From the NCBI GenBank assembly GCA_000934665.2, contig KZ538219.1:62001-97701 (forward strand): DNA of 35,701 nt, written 5' to 3'. Positions 21,601-34,764 of the stretch are shown one piece after another. Below the pieces are notes generated by a model. That model searched no databases. It saw only the letters and a list, made by a program, of their open reading frames with translations, and was not told the DNA's origin. Numbering within the stretch: position 1 is the stretch's first letter; each line of letters starts with the position of its first letter. This stretch comes from Catajapyx aquilonaris. Lineage: Eukaryota. Made by a program: the position numbers and the translations under genes.

Positions 21601-24600
21601 GGAATCAAACTGCACATCATGATCAGAATACAAACATGCACAGAAAGCAGGGCAAGTGAAAGTGTGATGTATTTATGAACTGCTGATGGGCAATATAAAA
21701 TAGTTGGCCAAGAAATTTTCGAGGAAAACCTGTCAATATGTCATTGAACACACAAGTATTCCCTGAAAAGACCTTGAATACCACTGTCTATTTACTACGA
21801 CAATCAATTACTTCTAGCCCTCACCTTTTACAAATGGCAGATGAAAGTAGCAATTCTCCATTTGCTGTAATTTTTAATCCATCAATTTTGACTGATGTAA
21901 TGTAGAAAATAGGCTATGACTATGTCACTGGATTGCGTGATATTTCAGCTATGGTGAGAACATGTGAATGACCTGATTGGTTTGACCACATGCATCCTCA
22001 CGCTTCCCATAGAAATTTTTCCTGCAAAGCTTTCCATTTTAATGTGGGGGGGTAGAAGTGGCCGCTCTTGAGTCATTAATGAGTTGATGATTGTTCATTT
22101 ATATTTCCCCTTTGCCTACACATATCAGGGGAAGTGCAGAGGGGGGGGGATTTGGGGGGGGTCCAAACCCAGAGTAGACAGAGAAGACAAAGACAGAAAG
22201 AGAGGGAGAAAAGAGAGTGCAGATTGAATAGGACAACTTACGTGGCCGCCCTTTCTCTCTCCTCTGCCGTATCCGTGCCTTGCTGGTCAGAGAATCATGG
22301 ACCATTGTGTAGCTGTAGTCACCGTCATACGAGCTGTACAGCCCTGGTACCGCATCTTTCACCTGGAAGATCAAAATATTCAAAGTGGTCAGTGCCACTT
22401 TGCTGGGAGAAACGGCCAGAAGTAGATGGTAGCAGCGACTGGCAAAGCACACTGGATGGTCAAATGAGTTCATGGTGCCCACAAATTTGGCAAACTCAAG
22501 TGAAGCAAGCCAATGCATATACACAACTGCTGAAGAGGTGCCGGTATCCTGTATCCTTGTCCAATAACAAAAGAAAACCACAACTTCACCCAAACCGAGT
22601 GATGAACTAAATTCTGCATTGCCAATGTTCATTGCCACTTAAAAATTAGTACCCCTTACCAGGAAAATTAAGTGTCCAAATTTCGTTACTAGTCACTACC
22701 TCATTTCCTATTGCTTTTTCGGTTGCACACGGTGGGAGGGCATTAGAAATAGTGAAGAAGCAGGCGATTGGTGAACAGTGATAATAAAAAAGAGAGGGGA
22801 GGAAGGGGCCATGCAACGCAAGCCACTCACCTGGGCATACTCGGACCCCAGATCGACATTCTCAGGGGTGGCCAGAGGCGCACACCCATAGTTGGGTTTT
22901 GTGAGTTTGGGGTGGTGTGCCTCCTTCCCTCCCAACTTCATGCGGGCGATGGCATCAGTCACATTGGCAAAGTCTTTGAGATTCAATTTCCCAGGTTGCT
23001 GCAAATTGGGAAAACAGACACCACAGCTCAAAACCTTACCTTGCCTTTGAAGATGCTCTCTTTTTGCTCTTTTTTTCTGCTTTGCATTTTGCTCTTTCCT
23101 CCTCTCTGTGCAGTGTTTCAAAGTTCCACTCAACACATAAAGAGCACCTAAAAGTTATCTAGCATGTCTAGTTTTCTTTCTAAATGCATTGATGTTAACA
23201 ACATGCCTGTTGCCTTGCAATGATTTGTACATTACTGGCCAAAAGAATCCATCACATAGCAACTCCATATGTGTGACTCCTTTGCATGAATCAAATAATA
23301 TTCTCCAACCAGCAACAATTTGTGGCTCCTTTTCTGTCACTCACAGCAAACTGGGCTGGCATATGCATAGCATCATTTGACCAGCATTGTACTCAAAGAA
23401 ATCTAGCCTAGTGACATACAAATGGGTTGAGCTTCTCACAAAAAAAAAAGTGACCTGCCAACCGAGGTCTCCATGCTCCATTTAAAAGCCAAACAAGCAA
23501 GTGCACATGCACTTGGGACAAGAAGTGTGTCACACTCCATGCTTCCTCTGGTCTCAATCTGGCCATAAAACATCAAGGTGGGGTCAGGGAAGGGTGGGGA
23601 ACCATTAGCAAAGAGATGGTGGACAGGAGAAGGTAGAGGGGGACAACATCAACATGCCACGAATACTGTTATCACAATCCACCTGGTTTTCTCAGCACCA
23701 CCCACACTCACCTTGAGCGTCTGACTCCCCTTAGGCCTGGACTTAGTTGGAGGCGGCAATCGGCGCCTGCCTGTTGTAAAAGCATGTTGACCATACATAT
23801 TGCTCCACAGCTCCTCTTCCCTCTCTGGTCCTCGAAGAAACACTGAATCATCCACCCAACCTGCAACAAGAAAAATGCCAAGCATGATTAGTCACTGTCA
23901 AGTTACTATTGCAGTCCCTCCCTATTGTTGCAAGGATGCAGTGATGATGCAGATGTGGGGCTTGCTTCAGCAGGTCATAAGGGGGTTGGGGGGAAGGTTA
24001 TGGGTTAAGGTGACATTCATGCCAACAACCAGTCAGAAGATTGCTAACACTACTGCTCAGTCTGGTCAGGTGTGAGTACTGCCAGTTTCTCAGCTAGTGC
24101 TTTGTTTCTCAGAGGTCCATTAAGTGTCAGATTTTTCTGGAAGGACTGGAAAAGGGGTCAACGATCTGCCTTTTCCAAATTCCATTTATGCCCTCTCATT
24201 GGATAAGCTGCAAGAGCTATAAGCCAGCTAGGCCCCAGCAGCAAAGCTAACAACAAAAGAAAGGAAGGCAAGAAGCTGCAAGAAGCTACATGACGGCTAA
24301 GACACAACACCGAGAGGCAGCGTTGGGGGGTCACCTGAATCACGAGTGGCCAGAGACTCCCTGGAGCCACTCACGTCAGCTATGGAAAAAAAAGATGAAG
24401 TGTTCAGCTGCATATAATCTTCAGAAATGTGAAAAAGAAGCCATCATCTACACACAGTACCTCCCATCTAACTTCTTACAAACTGCAAAATTGGATGACC
24501 TCTGCCATCTTGGGAAACTCAGTACAGTTTTATAAATAAAGTTTACTAACAATTACATGATATTTGTAGTACATACAAAACTTGTTCACTACCCAAATAT

Positions 24601-27600
24601 ACCATATGTAATCTTTTTTATATATAAAACTGTGATGATTGCCCATTTCGTGAAGTCACCCTGTTTTACAGTATCCTAATTTCAATGCTAAGGAACTTCT
24701 AGTGGCTAAATTTAGTCACCTGATTTATTTGTTATAACAGTTAATAACCACCCATCTAATGTGACATGCACCCCACCGCCAGTCCATGCGACAACCAGGT
24801 CAATTTTTACATGTGATATCCTCCAGACTGGTGTGTGAGCCGGTTGGAAGAGTAGTGGCTTTCACCAGCCTCCGTGGTGGGTGGTCAGGAGGTGCTGGCT
24901 CAGGGGGAGTGGTGGGAGGGGGGTACACCTGGAAGCCTGAACAGCACCCCGGCATCAGTCTCACATGAACAGCACACAAAATCAGTCACTCCTCAGGCAT
25001 TCACATACACCTAGAAATGCTTCATTTCTCCCATTTAGAAAAAGCATTAGCCACATGTGTAAGTTGACAAACCTTGGAGTAAAAGTTAGCATTAATCCCC
25101 ATGCAAATTTGCATGCATTAAGGTTCAGCCTGCACTGCAGTTATATTTAATGCTCAGTCAGTCATCAAATATTATTTTTCATGTAGTTTTCTAACATGCT
25201 ATCACTAAAAATATAAAGCACTTACAAGTGTGAATTTTTCCACAGAGAAAATATTGCATGCTTTCATTTATCTACCACTACATCCAAGAGCCTATTTCCC
25301 TTGTTTCTGAGCTTACCCCTGACTGGCAGTAAATGCTCATTGTATAAAATAATTATACATGCTCAAAGTCTGCAACTCAAGTCATTCAAAGTACGTATGT
25401 ATAGCTATGTGACACATGAAATGCTAATTATTCATCAGTAGGTTAAGCAGCCCTATACGAGGTAGGCATATTAGGTTTTCTGATCCAAACTGACTCTCTT
25501 ACATCAAATGGAAAAGCTGTACACACAGGCAATAAATGAAAATCTCAACATGATTCAGATTCACATGTAGACTACTGCTGGTAGGTTCCATTTACTTTGT
25601 ATCACATGTAAATGTCTCAACAATTTAAATTTCATCGGTCTCTTCAAGCCCAGGCTTCATAAAAATTTGAGTGCCACATTGCCAGAAAAAAATTTGCCCT
25701 TCAATTTTCTCACTAATCACAACTACTACTCTGGACTACTTCCTTGCCAAGTTTAATCTGTTAAGCTCATGCATCATGCTTTATGATTCCCAGAAAACAT
25801 GAGCATGCAACGGAAGGAAGAATATTCACCCCTGTCTCTGCCCAGGTAGGTGGCCCTGCCCTCATTGTGCGGGCCTCTCGCCGCTGTGTCCAGGTTGAGG
25901 CTCTCAGCTTTGAAAATGTGATGTCGGGTGCCCATGACGGGCTTTGGGCGAGAGGAAGAGGAGGAAGAGGAGGTGCTGGGGTAAGGCGGAGGGGGGCAGT
26001 CCCTCTGGGAGGAAGAGGAGGACAGCTTGGGAGAGCCCGCCTCCCTGGAGGACTCCCGCACCACGTAGCTGTAGGGAGGAGGAGAGGCTGTGGAGCCCCC
26101 GTATGAGGTCAGGGAGGGGTAGGAGGACAGCTCCGGCTCTGAGGGGTGGTAGCCTCCCACTCCTCCGCTCCCACCACCACCACCACCACCCACACCACCA
26201 CCGCTCCCTCCTACTCCACCCCCAACACCTCCCCCACCCCCACCCCCACTGCCACCGTCTCTTCCTTTTGGACGGGACGAGAAGGCTGTGGGGAGGGATT
26301 CCGTGCTTGGGTATGACTGCCGGAACAGCTCTGCAAACAACCAGGGAAACAATGGGTGGGGGGTCACTGGTTGAAGGAGGGGGGAGGTCCCCTAAATGCA
26401 TACACATATTGTAGGGCAGGTGCATGACATTCACAAACCCCCCATGCTGACATGGTGCTTCAAGACACAAAATGAATTCAGGCATCTTACAGCTCCCTAA
26501 TTTCATCAAATGCTTGAACCCCTTTAAACAAGATGACATTGGGCATGAAATACCTTAGAAAGCCAATAAACAGCACCACATCACTGGTGTCATATAATCA
26601 TTCCATGCTGCCATCCTCCAAGAGAGTTAGCAACGTACACAATCACAATTTTGATGACAACATACCCTCAATGACAAAGGGATATGAAGCACGAATAATG
26701 CAGGCCCTCCTCATATTCTAGGGGTTAATGCTCTATCTCCTTTCAAGCAACAACTTGCAGGCATGGTCAAGAAACATGGTCCTTACCTTGCTGAAGTTTG
26801 CGTCTATTTTTGATTTGGCTTGGCTTGACTAGATGTTCCCCATTCTCCTGGGTGTAGAGGTCCACCCTTGAGTAGATGTCGCTGTCATCACTTGGGCTCA
26901 ATGCCCTGTCATCAGGAAAGGTGGGGGACAGAGGCTCATCCTGGTCATCTCCTAGAGAACCGTCAGTAGGCAGCCTCTCGTAGATCTCTGACCCGCTCCT
27001 ATGGCACACAACATGGGCATGTAAAGCCAATAATGGAGAACAGAAGCAGCTCACAAAGTGTTCATGTATGGTTGGAAAGTGACAATGCATGCATAGTGGT
27101 GAAACATTACTGTTGACTCTCATGATAAGTCATCCCATCCAAGGCATACCCGTCATTGGATCCAGCACGCATGAGGTAACTGTCATGCCGAGGAGGTGGT
27201 AAAGGCCTTGCAGGAGGCCTCTCTAGAGTACCCTCCCCTGAGTCATCAAGCTGAGCTGGATCTTCCATGTGGAAAGCCTGTTCTATTTCAGGTTTCTTGT
27301 CCCACACTTCCTTGAAGAATGGTGTGTAGAAGGCAGCTGCGAAAAAGACAAGAGGGCTCCCAAATGAGATAAGGCTCTCATTACATGCCATTAGAGCAAA
27401 CACTGCTACACAACCTACTGAAATGACATATCCCATATTTTGATCTCCTTATCTAATCACGGGATTAAAGCAAAGCAGTGTTTACCTGACAATAGTGACT
27501 CTTCTCCCACAACTTACTTTTCTGTTGGCAGTTGGAGGTGGAAGTCATAAAATGCGCCTGCAGGCGGTCAGCCACCGAGTTCCCTTCCGTGATTAGTATG

Positions 27601-30600
27601 TGGCTAAGGTCACTACTGAAGAAAGCATTGGCACCTCCAGTGTCAGTCACAGCCAAGATTTGAATGGGCAGGTTGGGGATATTCATAGAAAAAGCACTGC
27701 AAACAGAGTGGGGCAGGCAACATGCCCTGAGTCAGCCCATCAGGACCCTGGTTAAAACAAATCCAACCAGATGGATAACAAAAAAAGCCTCGTCTCCTCA
27801 TGACCAGACACCTACCTTAAGGTAGCGAGGGAAGCTTTTCTTTTGGTGGAATAGACTAGGATAAACCCGTGGACCAGCTCCTCTCGAAAGGCATTGGCCC
27901 CATGGTACGAGGAGATGATTACCTCCACCTGGACAATTTAATCGCCACAGGAAAGAAACAACTGTAAATCTCCACTTTGGTCTTCTAGATTGTCATCAAA
28001 TACCTACTTCTCCTTAAGAAAAGGGGTTAGGGTGGATTGGGAAGAGAGAATTCTCAACACTACCAACGCTGACACTGTCTCCAGTATCCAAATTGTCACC
28101 TTTTAGAATAGTTTAAGAATTGAGAGAAATACCACATACCACACTCACAAATTGGTTATTTTTTTTCCCTCCCCCCCAACAGTGTCAACGCACCAAAAGA
28201 TGAATGGCAGTTCCAACACAAACCTTGCGCTTGGAGTCACCGAGAAAGGTCTCCAGAGTGATGCTGCGGTCTCCACTGAGAAAGCAGCACTGGTGGCTCA
28301 GCAAGGGGCCCAAAACGTTCTCCACGGAATATGGATCGCCACAAAGCATGCACATAATCACCCTGAAAGAGATACCAAAACACTGTTATCTCCTCTTAAT
28401 CACTTTGTTGGGTGTGGCAGGGCTGTGTGCAATACAACTCACCTAATGTCAGGTTCGGTGGGGTCCAATACTGTCTGGTACACATTCAAAAACCCAGCTC
28501 TATGTTGGATGCTCTGGATGAGTGAGCGCAGAGCTGAAGCGACAAAACTGGAGTGGAATCTCCTTCCCTGAACAGCCTCCTCTAAGGACACATCGATGAA
28601 TGGACACTGCAGGCTAAAAAACATGGGTGGTTATATTCATGAATTCTCTGCTGTCTGCAGGTACAAAAAATAAAAATAAAAATAAAACAAAAATAAAAGA
28701 TCAATTTCCAGCGGTTTACACAATACCTATCAGCTAGACTCTGCCCCTCCTCTCTTAGGTGAATCAGGTCACTCTCATCCAGCTCGGGCTCAGAGGCAAA
28801 CAGAATAACAATGGGCAGCCCTTGGAAGGGAAGCCTATCATCCTGCTCCAAATTGGAAAGAAGAGTCTTTTCCAAACTCTCCCTGACGTACTCAAAAGTT
28901 TCTGGGTTGGAATAAACGCAGAAGCATCCTGGAAGGGTCAAGAGTGTGGCTCTTCCTATCATCGGAAGAGAAGCAAAGAGGAAATGTGGCCAACGTTTCT
29001 GGGTGTCATGTCGTGTGTTGACATCTACACATATTCTCCCCGCCCTCCCAAGCTTGCACTACTAAAACATGCCCTATTCATATTGCATTAAAATGAATAT
29101 TAATTTCGACAAGCTACTACAATATTTAATATCATGTGGGTTGTGTCACCTCCATTGCATGTGTGTTTCTACTTCTCTTTCATGCATCCCTTGCATTACT
29201 AGTAACTGCAAGGACTTCGACTACTGCAACACATGCATGTTCATGCTGTTCCTTAAATATTATATCCAATTAAAACAAAGCTCAAAATAATTAATATTTT
29301 CACAATCCATTATCATAAAACTCTGAACCTACCATGTTCAATTTGGCCACCTACAATTAAAGAAAACACGTTTCAGAGATTGCACAATTGCAATCACGCT
29401 TACAAGTACATAAATAAAATTGACAACAGCAATGCAAGTGATTGAAAATGGTGTAAGATTCAAATCAAAGTAATAATTGCACGCCACACTGTGCATGGAA
29501 TGGTTGATATAGAAAGCTAATTCATAACCAGTATCTTTACCATGAGGAAGAAAATCAGTTGTTCTAAAGGAATTCTGGGGCAGATTCACATCTCCATCAA
29601 TTATCCGATAATCCAGGTTGTAGAGCTGGCCATCCAGTTCATATTCATCCTCATCACATTGCGCCTGTTAAGTGAAAATGTATTGTAATGCAGATACGCA
29701 TCATTTCAATATACCATCTACTTCACAAAACTCACCCTGATTTCATTGGAAAGTTCCTCTGCCAGACCATGAATTCCCAACAAGACTAGATTTAATTGAT
29801 TGTTTTCCGCACTTAGCACCCACTGACTGTTCCTGTTCCAAGAGGAAGGCCTGAAGTGGAAAGTGATGTGAGACACCAGTCCAAAAGAGAAATGTCAATT
29901 CAGCTTAATTTGGTGGATACTCACCGATGCGCTTTGGTTGCCAATATCCTTTCTATTAATGAATCCATACAATTGGGGAAGGCTGGACAGTGTTCCCTAA
30001 TGGGACAGTGCACAAATCCAAGATGCTGGAAAAGCATCAATTTGCGATCCTGATCCAGTCTATCTAAAGCTTTATACCTGCAAAAGAGTCCTTGCTGATA
30101 TCATCTCATTCCAATTATTTAAAATGGCACGTGTCTGTAAATTCTAAGCACCTTGAATCCTCCTGTAAAGCATCGGTTATTTCCTTAATATCCTCTTGTG
30201 TGACAGTACCAGTTGGTGCTATGCTTTTAAACTGATAGAATAAGTCTGCATGTTCCAGCAACAACTCCTGAAAGTTGTGCTTGGCTTTCTCTATGATCTC
30301 TTTCTGGTGCTGCTCGTATATCTGTTGACAGTCTTGGTCAGAGAGAGCTTCAAAGCACTCCCTTCCCATGAACAGAACCCGTACTTCAGACAGTGTCTTC
30401 CCAGGAGTCACGTACCCTGTTTCCTCTAGCAGTCGCTTAAACTCCTTTCTGTACCTGGAAATGGATGGGGCACACGCATAATATCAGGCTCCACCACGAT
30501 CCAAGTAATAGGAAGTAAAAAACGACACACGCCACCCAAACGCCAATTGATGTACTGAGACAGATAGAGCAAAAATTTGGGTCAGGCACACACCTTGTAC

Positions 30601-31604
30601 TCCCTCCCATTTGCACAGATTTGAAAAAATCACACTAACCCACGCAATACATACCTCCTAGGAAGCCTGCAGCACAAAGTACAGAAAGTCCATTGTAAAA
30701 CATTCACCCATAAATCCCCAACCTTTTTATTAATTTCCCCACCATTACACTGTATTAAAACTACTTAGTGATGGCCACGTGGGAGCGCAGCTGAAACCAG
30801 AGGATGTACTCACTCTAATCTCTTTTGTTCCGCCTGCAGAGCATTTATGTGATTCTTGAACACAGTTTCTGCTTCAGTTGTGTCCAGGACTTCAAAAGGT
30901 ATCCTGTTCTCTCCGCTGTCAGCCAAATTGCTTTCCATCCATGGGATATCATCCGGGTAGACTACAAAGTACTGATTGAAGTCCGAATGCTCCTTTATCC
31001 TCTCCTGGACTGTTGCCCAATCACTGCAGTGAAATTTCGTATTTGAAAGTCATCACGGTATGCTTCACTCACTTCAAATGATATTTATGAAATGGTACCA
31101 ACTCAACATGTCCCTAGTTCCTGGTAATTCTTAAGTTTGATAAATAGTTCTTATCAGGCAGTGAAACTATTACAAAGTTGCTTTTTTTAAAGTTAAAATA
31201 ACCACAGAAAATGATTTCAACACGCATAAATTCTAATTTTGTTTTGTGGCTATGGTAGACTACAGCCTACTTGTAGAAGACTATAACACTGTTCACTAAA
31301 ACTTATATTGAATGATATCAATCATCAAGCAAAAGTAGTTGCACACTGTGACAGTCCCATGAATGGGGTGTTACAATGGGCAACGAATATCCCATAAACA
31401 ACAGCTACATTGGTAGGACAATTTTAGTTCAAGTATGTAAAAAAGATTAGCTGCAATCAAATTCAAAATTCCCACACTGTGCAGTTGCTCGCTTCCTGCC
31501 ATTTCTTCGAAATGTAAAGAAACTGCAAATTAGCAGAAATTCAACAGATATAGTTTAGCTGTTAATGTTCCTTTGTAAATCTAGCTCTCAATTTTGTAAT
31601 TCAC

Positions 31605-31646
<42 letters not shown>

Positions 31647-34600
31647 AATAATAATAATAATCCGGGTAATGCATGAACTCTTTCAGAGTTACAGTATATG
31701 GCACGGACCTTTATTACTCATATTAATTAGTATACAGCAAGATCTGATAGCATATCGCCCGGGCCCACGGGCAGAGTGACTAGGAGGGGATGTGTAAAGT
31801 GCAATGCAATGGAAGCCAGAGATGGCCCAAACTCTGCACGAGATGAAGGGGGTGTCCCCAGGCTGGGATAGAACCCGGGACCTTAACATACGTGGGCGCG
31901 TGCGTTACAGCACCACCACTTCGCCTCCCTGTAATTCACAGTATTATCCTCTTTTTGCGTAAATAATAACAGTGCCTGAAGCAATACTTACAGATTACCT
32001 AACATGGTAGGATGCTGTCATTCATTAGAGCTAGTGATACTTTTGACAACATGCTTTATTTTGTGACAGTTTCAATATGGGCACTAATGCCCAAAATTAT
32101 CATACTAATTAAGGCTCTGGCCGGAAGAGGAGACAGTGGATCCCACCCTCCCTACACAAAAGAAGGGTCGTGTTTGTGGTTGACCATTCCCTCTAGGCAC
32201 AATAAAAACCGTGAAAATTAGGGTTCCCCCAACTTCTAGTAGTTCTCAAATCAGTCAAATTTTGACAAAATTATTATTTGGTGAAAACCAACAGCGAAAC
32301 ATAAAAATCGGCTTTGTAGGTCCAGAGCACTTCAATTTTCCACATTTTTTAGTGCTGGTTACGACATAACTTACAATTATACGACCCCGTAAATTACTCC
32401 TGAATGCAAATGACTTTTTATAATACTCCATTAAGAATATGGGAAAAGTACAGTGTGCATGTGTAAGAGAGAGGTCAGTTACACTTACACAAAAAAAAAT
32501 CTGTTCTGCTGTTGTTAGTTAGCGAGAACTTTACTCCCAAATTCTCTTTATCCCCCCCTTAAGAGTTCAAAATGATAATGTAACTCACCCATCTCCAAGG
32601 CTAGAGAGGTCAGGAAACATCTCATGAAGGACATCTGGCAGCAGGTCGAGGTACCCCTGCACCTTCTTGAAGAGGTGCTCATCTTTGAGCTTCTTGGTAT
32701 ACCGGCGGTAAAGCCTGTGCGCGCTGTCCGCCCCAAACAGCTCAACGTAGTGGGCAAAGTCGTGGAATTGAGCAAGCTGCTTGGAGGCGGTTGACCACAC
32801 CATTCGGTAGTCAGACACTTGGGCCTGCACCAACCTTTGGAAGGCCTCTGTGGCCACATCCAGCAGCTCCTTCCTGGCACGGGCTGCCTCCGAGAAAGGC
32901 ACGACTTTGATCCGCCCCCGAGAGCGGTCAATCAGCTGGGCCAGAGTCACAAAGGCCAGGTCCACATTCACATTCTCATGCGCAGAAGTCTCCACAACCG
33001 GGATGTTGCCCTTGTACTCCTTTCGTGACACAAGGCGCTCCGCCTCCCGCACATACGCTTCACTTGCCTCATCGTTCTTGGTTGTAACCAACACCACTGG
33101 CTTCTTTGCCTTTGCAACATTGTTCAGAATGCCAGACACAAAGTCCATCTGTTTCTCCACTGAACGACTTGGCACCACACTCACGTCAAACACGCACAGG
33201 AAACCATCAATGTTCATCTTGCCATCAGGAAGCACCTTCTGCTCATACTCCTTCTCAATACCTGGAGTTTGGTTGACAATAGCAAGTAAGTCAGCTACTA
33301 GTAATATGGCATGTCACTTGTAAACTAGTTAGATAATAAATTAATAAATCACACCCTAAACCACCTCTTTTAAAATGAGTGATTAATAACTACACCATTA
33401 TCACTGTGGTGGTTCCACTATGGTAGAGTAATAGTACAGATGCATTTGCAATAACATGTGATGAGATGAATCCCACAATTATCTTCCTGGAGTGATTGAA
33501 TCATACTATAGCATAAAATATTTCAAATGCAAATCTCCCCAAAAAAATTTACCTGCTGCAATTTAAAAACCCTAGAGCAAAATTAAACAATAAATCAGGC
33601 CACAGATCCTAATCATCATCTTATAATGAATGAGAGCCTTCCTTTTTTTTCTCTGGTTATATGAAATTGGCTTAACAAGCAGCGCAGGATTCGAAACTTT
33701 TTCTGTGTGTGTTTTGAATATAGAAATGTGTTACTCAAGCTCACTGACAACGTGGAATGTATCAGGCGTCATATTTAAGCACACATTTGTGAGGTGAATG
33801 GACACTTGCTCCTGTGAACTGAGCACAATTCTGACAACAATGTATCATGACCATGTGGAAGAATTGAGACATAAGCATATTTTCATTATGGGCCCTGTCA
33901 CACTGAGTAGCGAGAGCAGTGCCAGCAGTTTTTTATGGACAACTGGTGAGAACTAAAACCAGCTGCAGTGCTGAGCCACTCCCATGTGGCAGCTCCCACT
34001 CCTTTCCATGAAAAACCGTGCAAGGGGGTTGGAAAAAACAATGCAGTACTGCTTTTGCTCGTGAAAGTTACAGGGCCCTAACACTCCCCCGACAGGAAAA
34101 AATTCGTCACAAGTCTTTTTTAGAACAAACATAGGAAAATTATTGTCTAATAAAATCACAACTCATAAAATAAAATTTTGATCACAATTATATGGTCCAC
34201 CACCTACAAATGGAATTCAGGGCAAATGATACTCCCATCCACTCGGTGATGATGGAAACATTTCTTGAACCTTGTCTGAGGAAATTTACAACTAAATACT
34301 TAGTGCAGAATATTAGAGACCAGCTAATAATGCTGGCATGGAATTGGGAGAAAGCCAGGGCATTTTTGTTATTTTCAAGCAAGCTGCAAGACATGGTCTC
34401 CCCGTCAGAGTAAAACATGAATCCACATCAGTGTTACTCTCCATCTCAGCCCACATCAAAAACTCACCCAATTGATTCTTGCAGATATACATCAACTTTT
34501 CGGCCGATGCCAACTTAGTTGCAGTGGAGCGCTTGACATACGGTTCCATTTTACCTCCTGGAAAGAGGTGATATAATAAGAACATGGAGCGTACTTGAAA

Positions 34601-34764
34601 TGGTAAAGATCCATACCTTTGAATGGTTGAAAGGAAGCGTCATCTATAAATTCCGTTTGTTCGATTACTTGGAAGTGGAAGTCGATTCCTTCGTCTGATG
34701 TCTTCACTACTTCTCCCCAGTAGAGAAAGTGATCATTATTGACCACTCGACCACTGAAATCAGT
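15616..34764 (-). CDS. RhoGAPp190: p190-family Rho GTPase-activating protein (RhoGAPp190; ARHGAP35/ARHGAP5 homologue), 5'-partial, 28 exons in window
   Basis: Exons: 34764-34617, 34557-34468, 33261-32589, 31023-30814, 30454-30152, 30077-29925, 29850-29736, 29664-29541, 28928-28727, 28613-28443, 28362-28224, 27928-27816, 27696-27518, 27336-27150, 26998-26787, 26330-25830, 24936-24811, 24379-24335, 23860-23712, 22998-22831, 22362-22242, 20842-20540, 19449-19144, 17647-17556 (or 17571), 16890-16530, 16408-16277, 16174-16069, 15814-15616. All are GT-AG with consistent phases and total 5628 nt. Domains: N-terminal GTPase-like ([43 protein letters not shown]), FF-repeat region, pseudoGTPase middle region, and C-terminal RhoGAP with arginine finger GIYRVPGN and [10 protein letters not shown]. 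The middle low-complexity exons are less certain. Confidence 0.95.
20931..20966 (-). repeat. (CAC/CAT)12 trinucleotide run encoding His12 in the open frame upstream of p190 exon 20842-20540
   Basis: The plus strand reads atg/gtg x12. Variation is only at the synonymous position of the His codons. Confidence 0.85.
26150..26258 (-). repeat. GGN-rich low-complexity tract encoding a poly-Gly segment in p190 exon 26330-25830
   Basis: Translates as [35 protein letters not shown]. Confidence 0.85.
31608..31661. repeat. (ATT)12(AAT)6 microsatellite forming the SINE tail
   Basis: Read directly. The junction at 31643/31644 makes a perfect 36-bp palindrome spanning 31626-31661. Confidence 0.93.
31613..31929 (-). 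mobile_element. tRNA-derived SINE (about 317 bp) in a p190 intron
   Basis: Perfect 18-bp TSD TGTAATTCACAGTATTAT at 31595-31612 and 31930-31947. The 5' head has an A-box-like GGCGAAGTGGTGG (31925-31913) and a B-box-like GGTTCTATCCC (31875-31865). The 3' end is a trinucleotide simple-repeat tail. Confidence 0.88.

Noticed and set aside
32190..32563. MITE-like texture ending in CCCCCCCTTAA
   Set aside because: No matching opposite terminus or TSD was found.
32548..33323. Alternative-frame and antisense ORFs over p190 exons (also 16069-16599, 19054-19622, 25904-26539, 28152-28571)
   Set aside because: Shadow ORFs of real coding exons, with no independent evidence.
33680..33700. B-box-like GTTTCGAATCC on the minus strand
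   Set aside because: No A box, cloverleaf, tail or TSD, so it was not called a tRNA or SINE.
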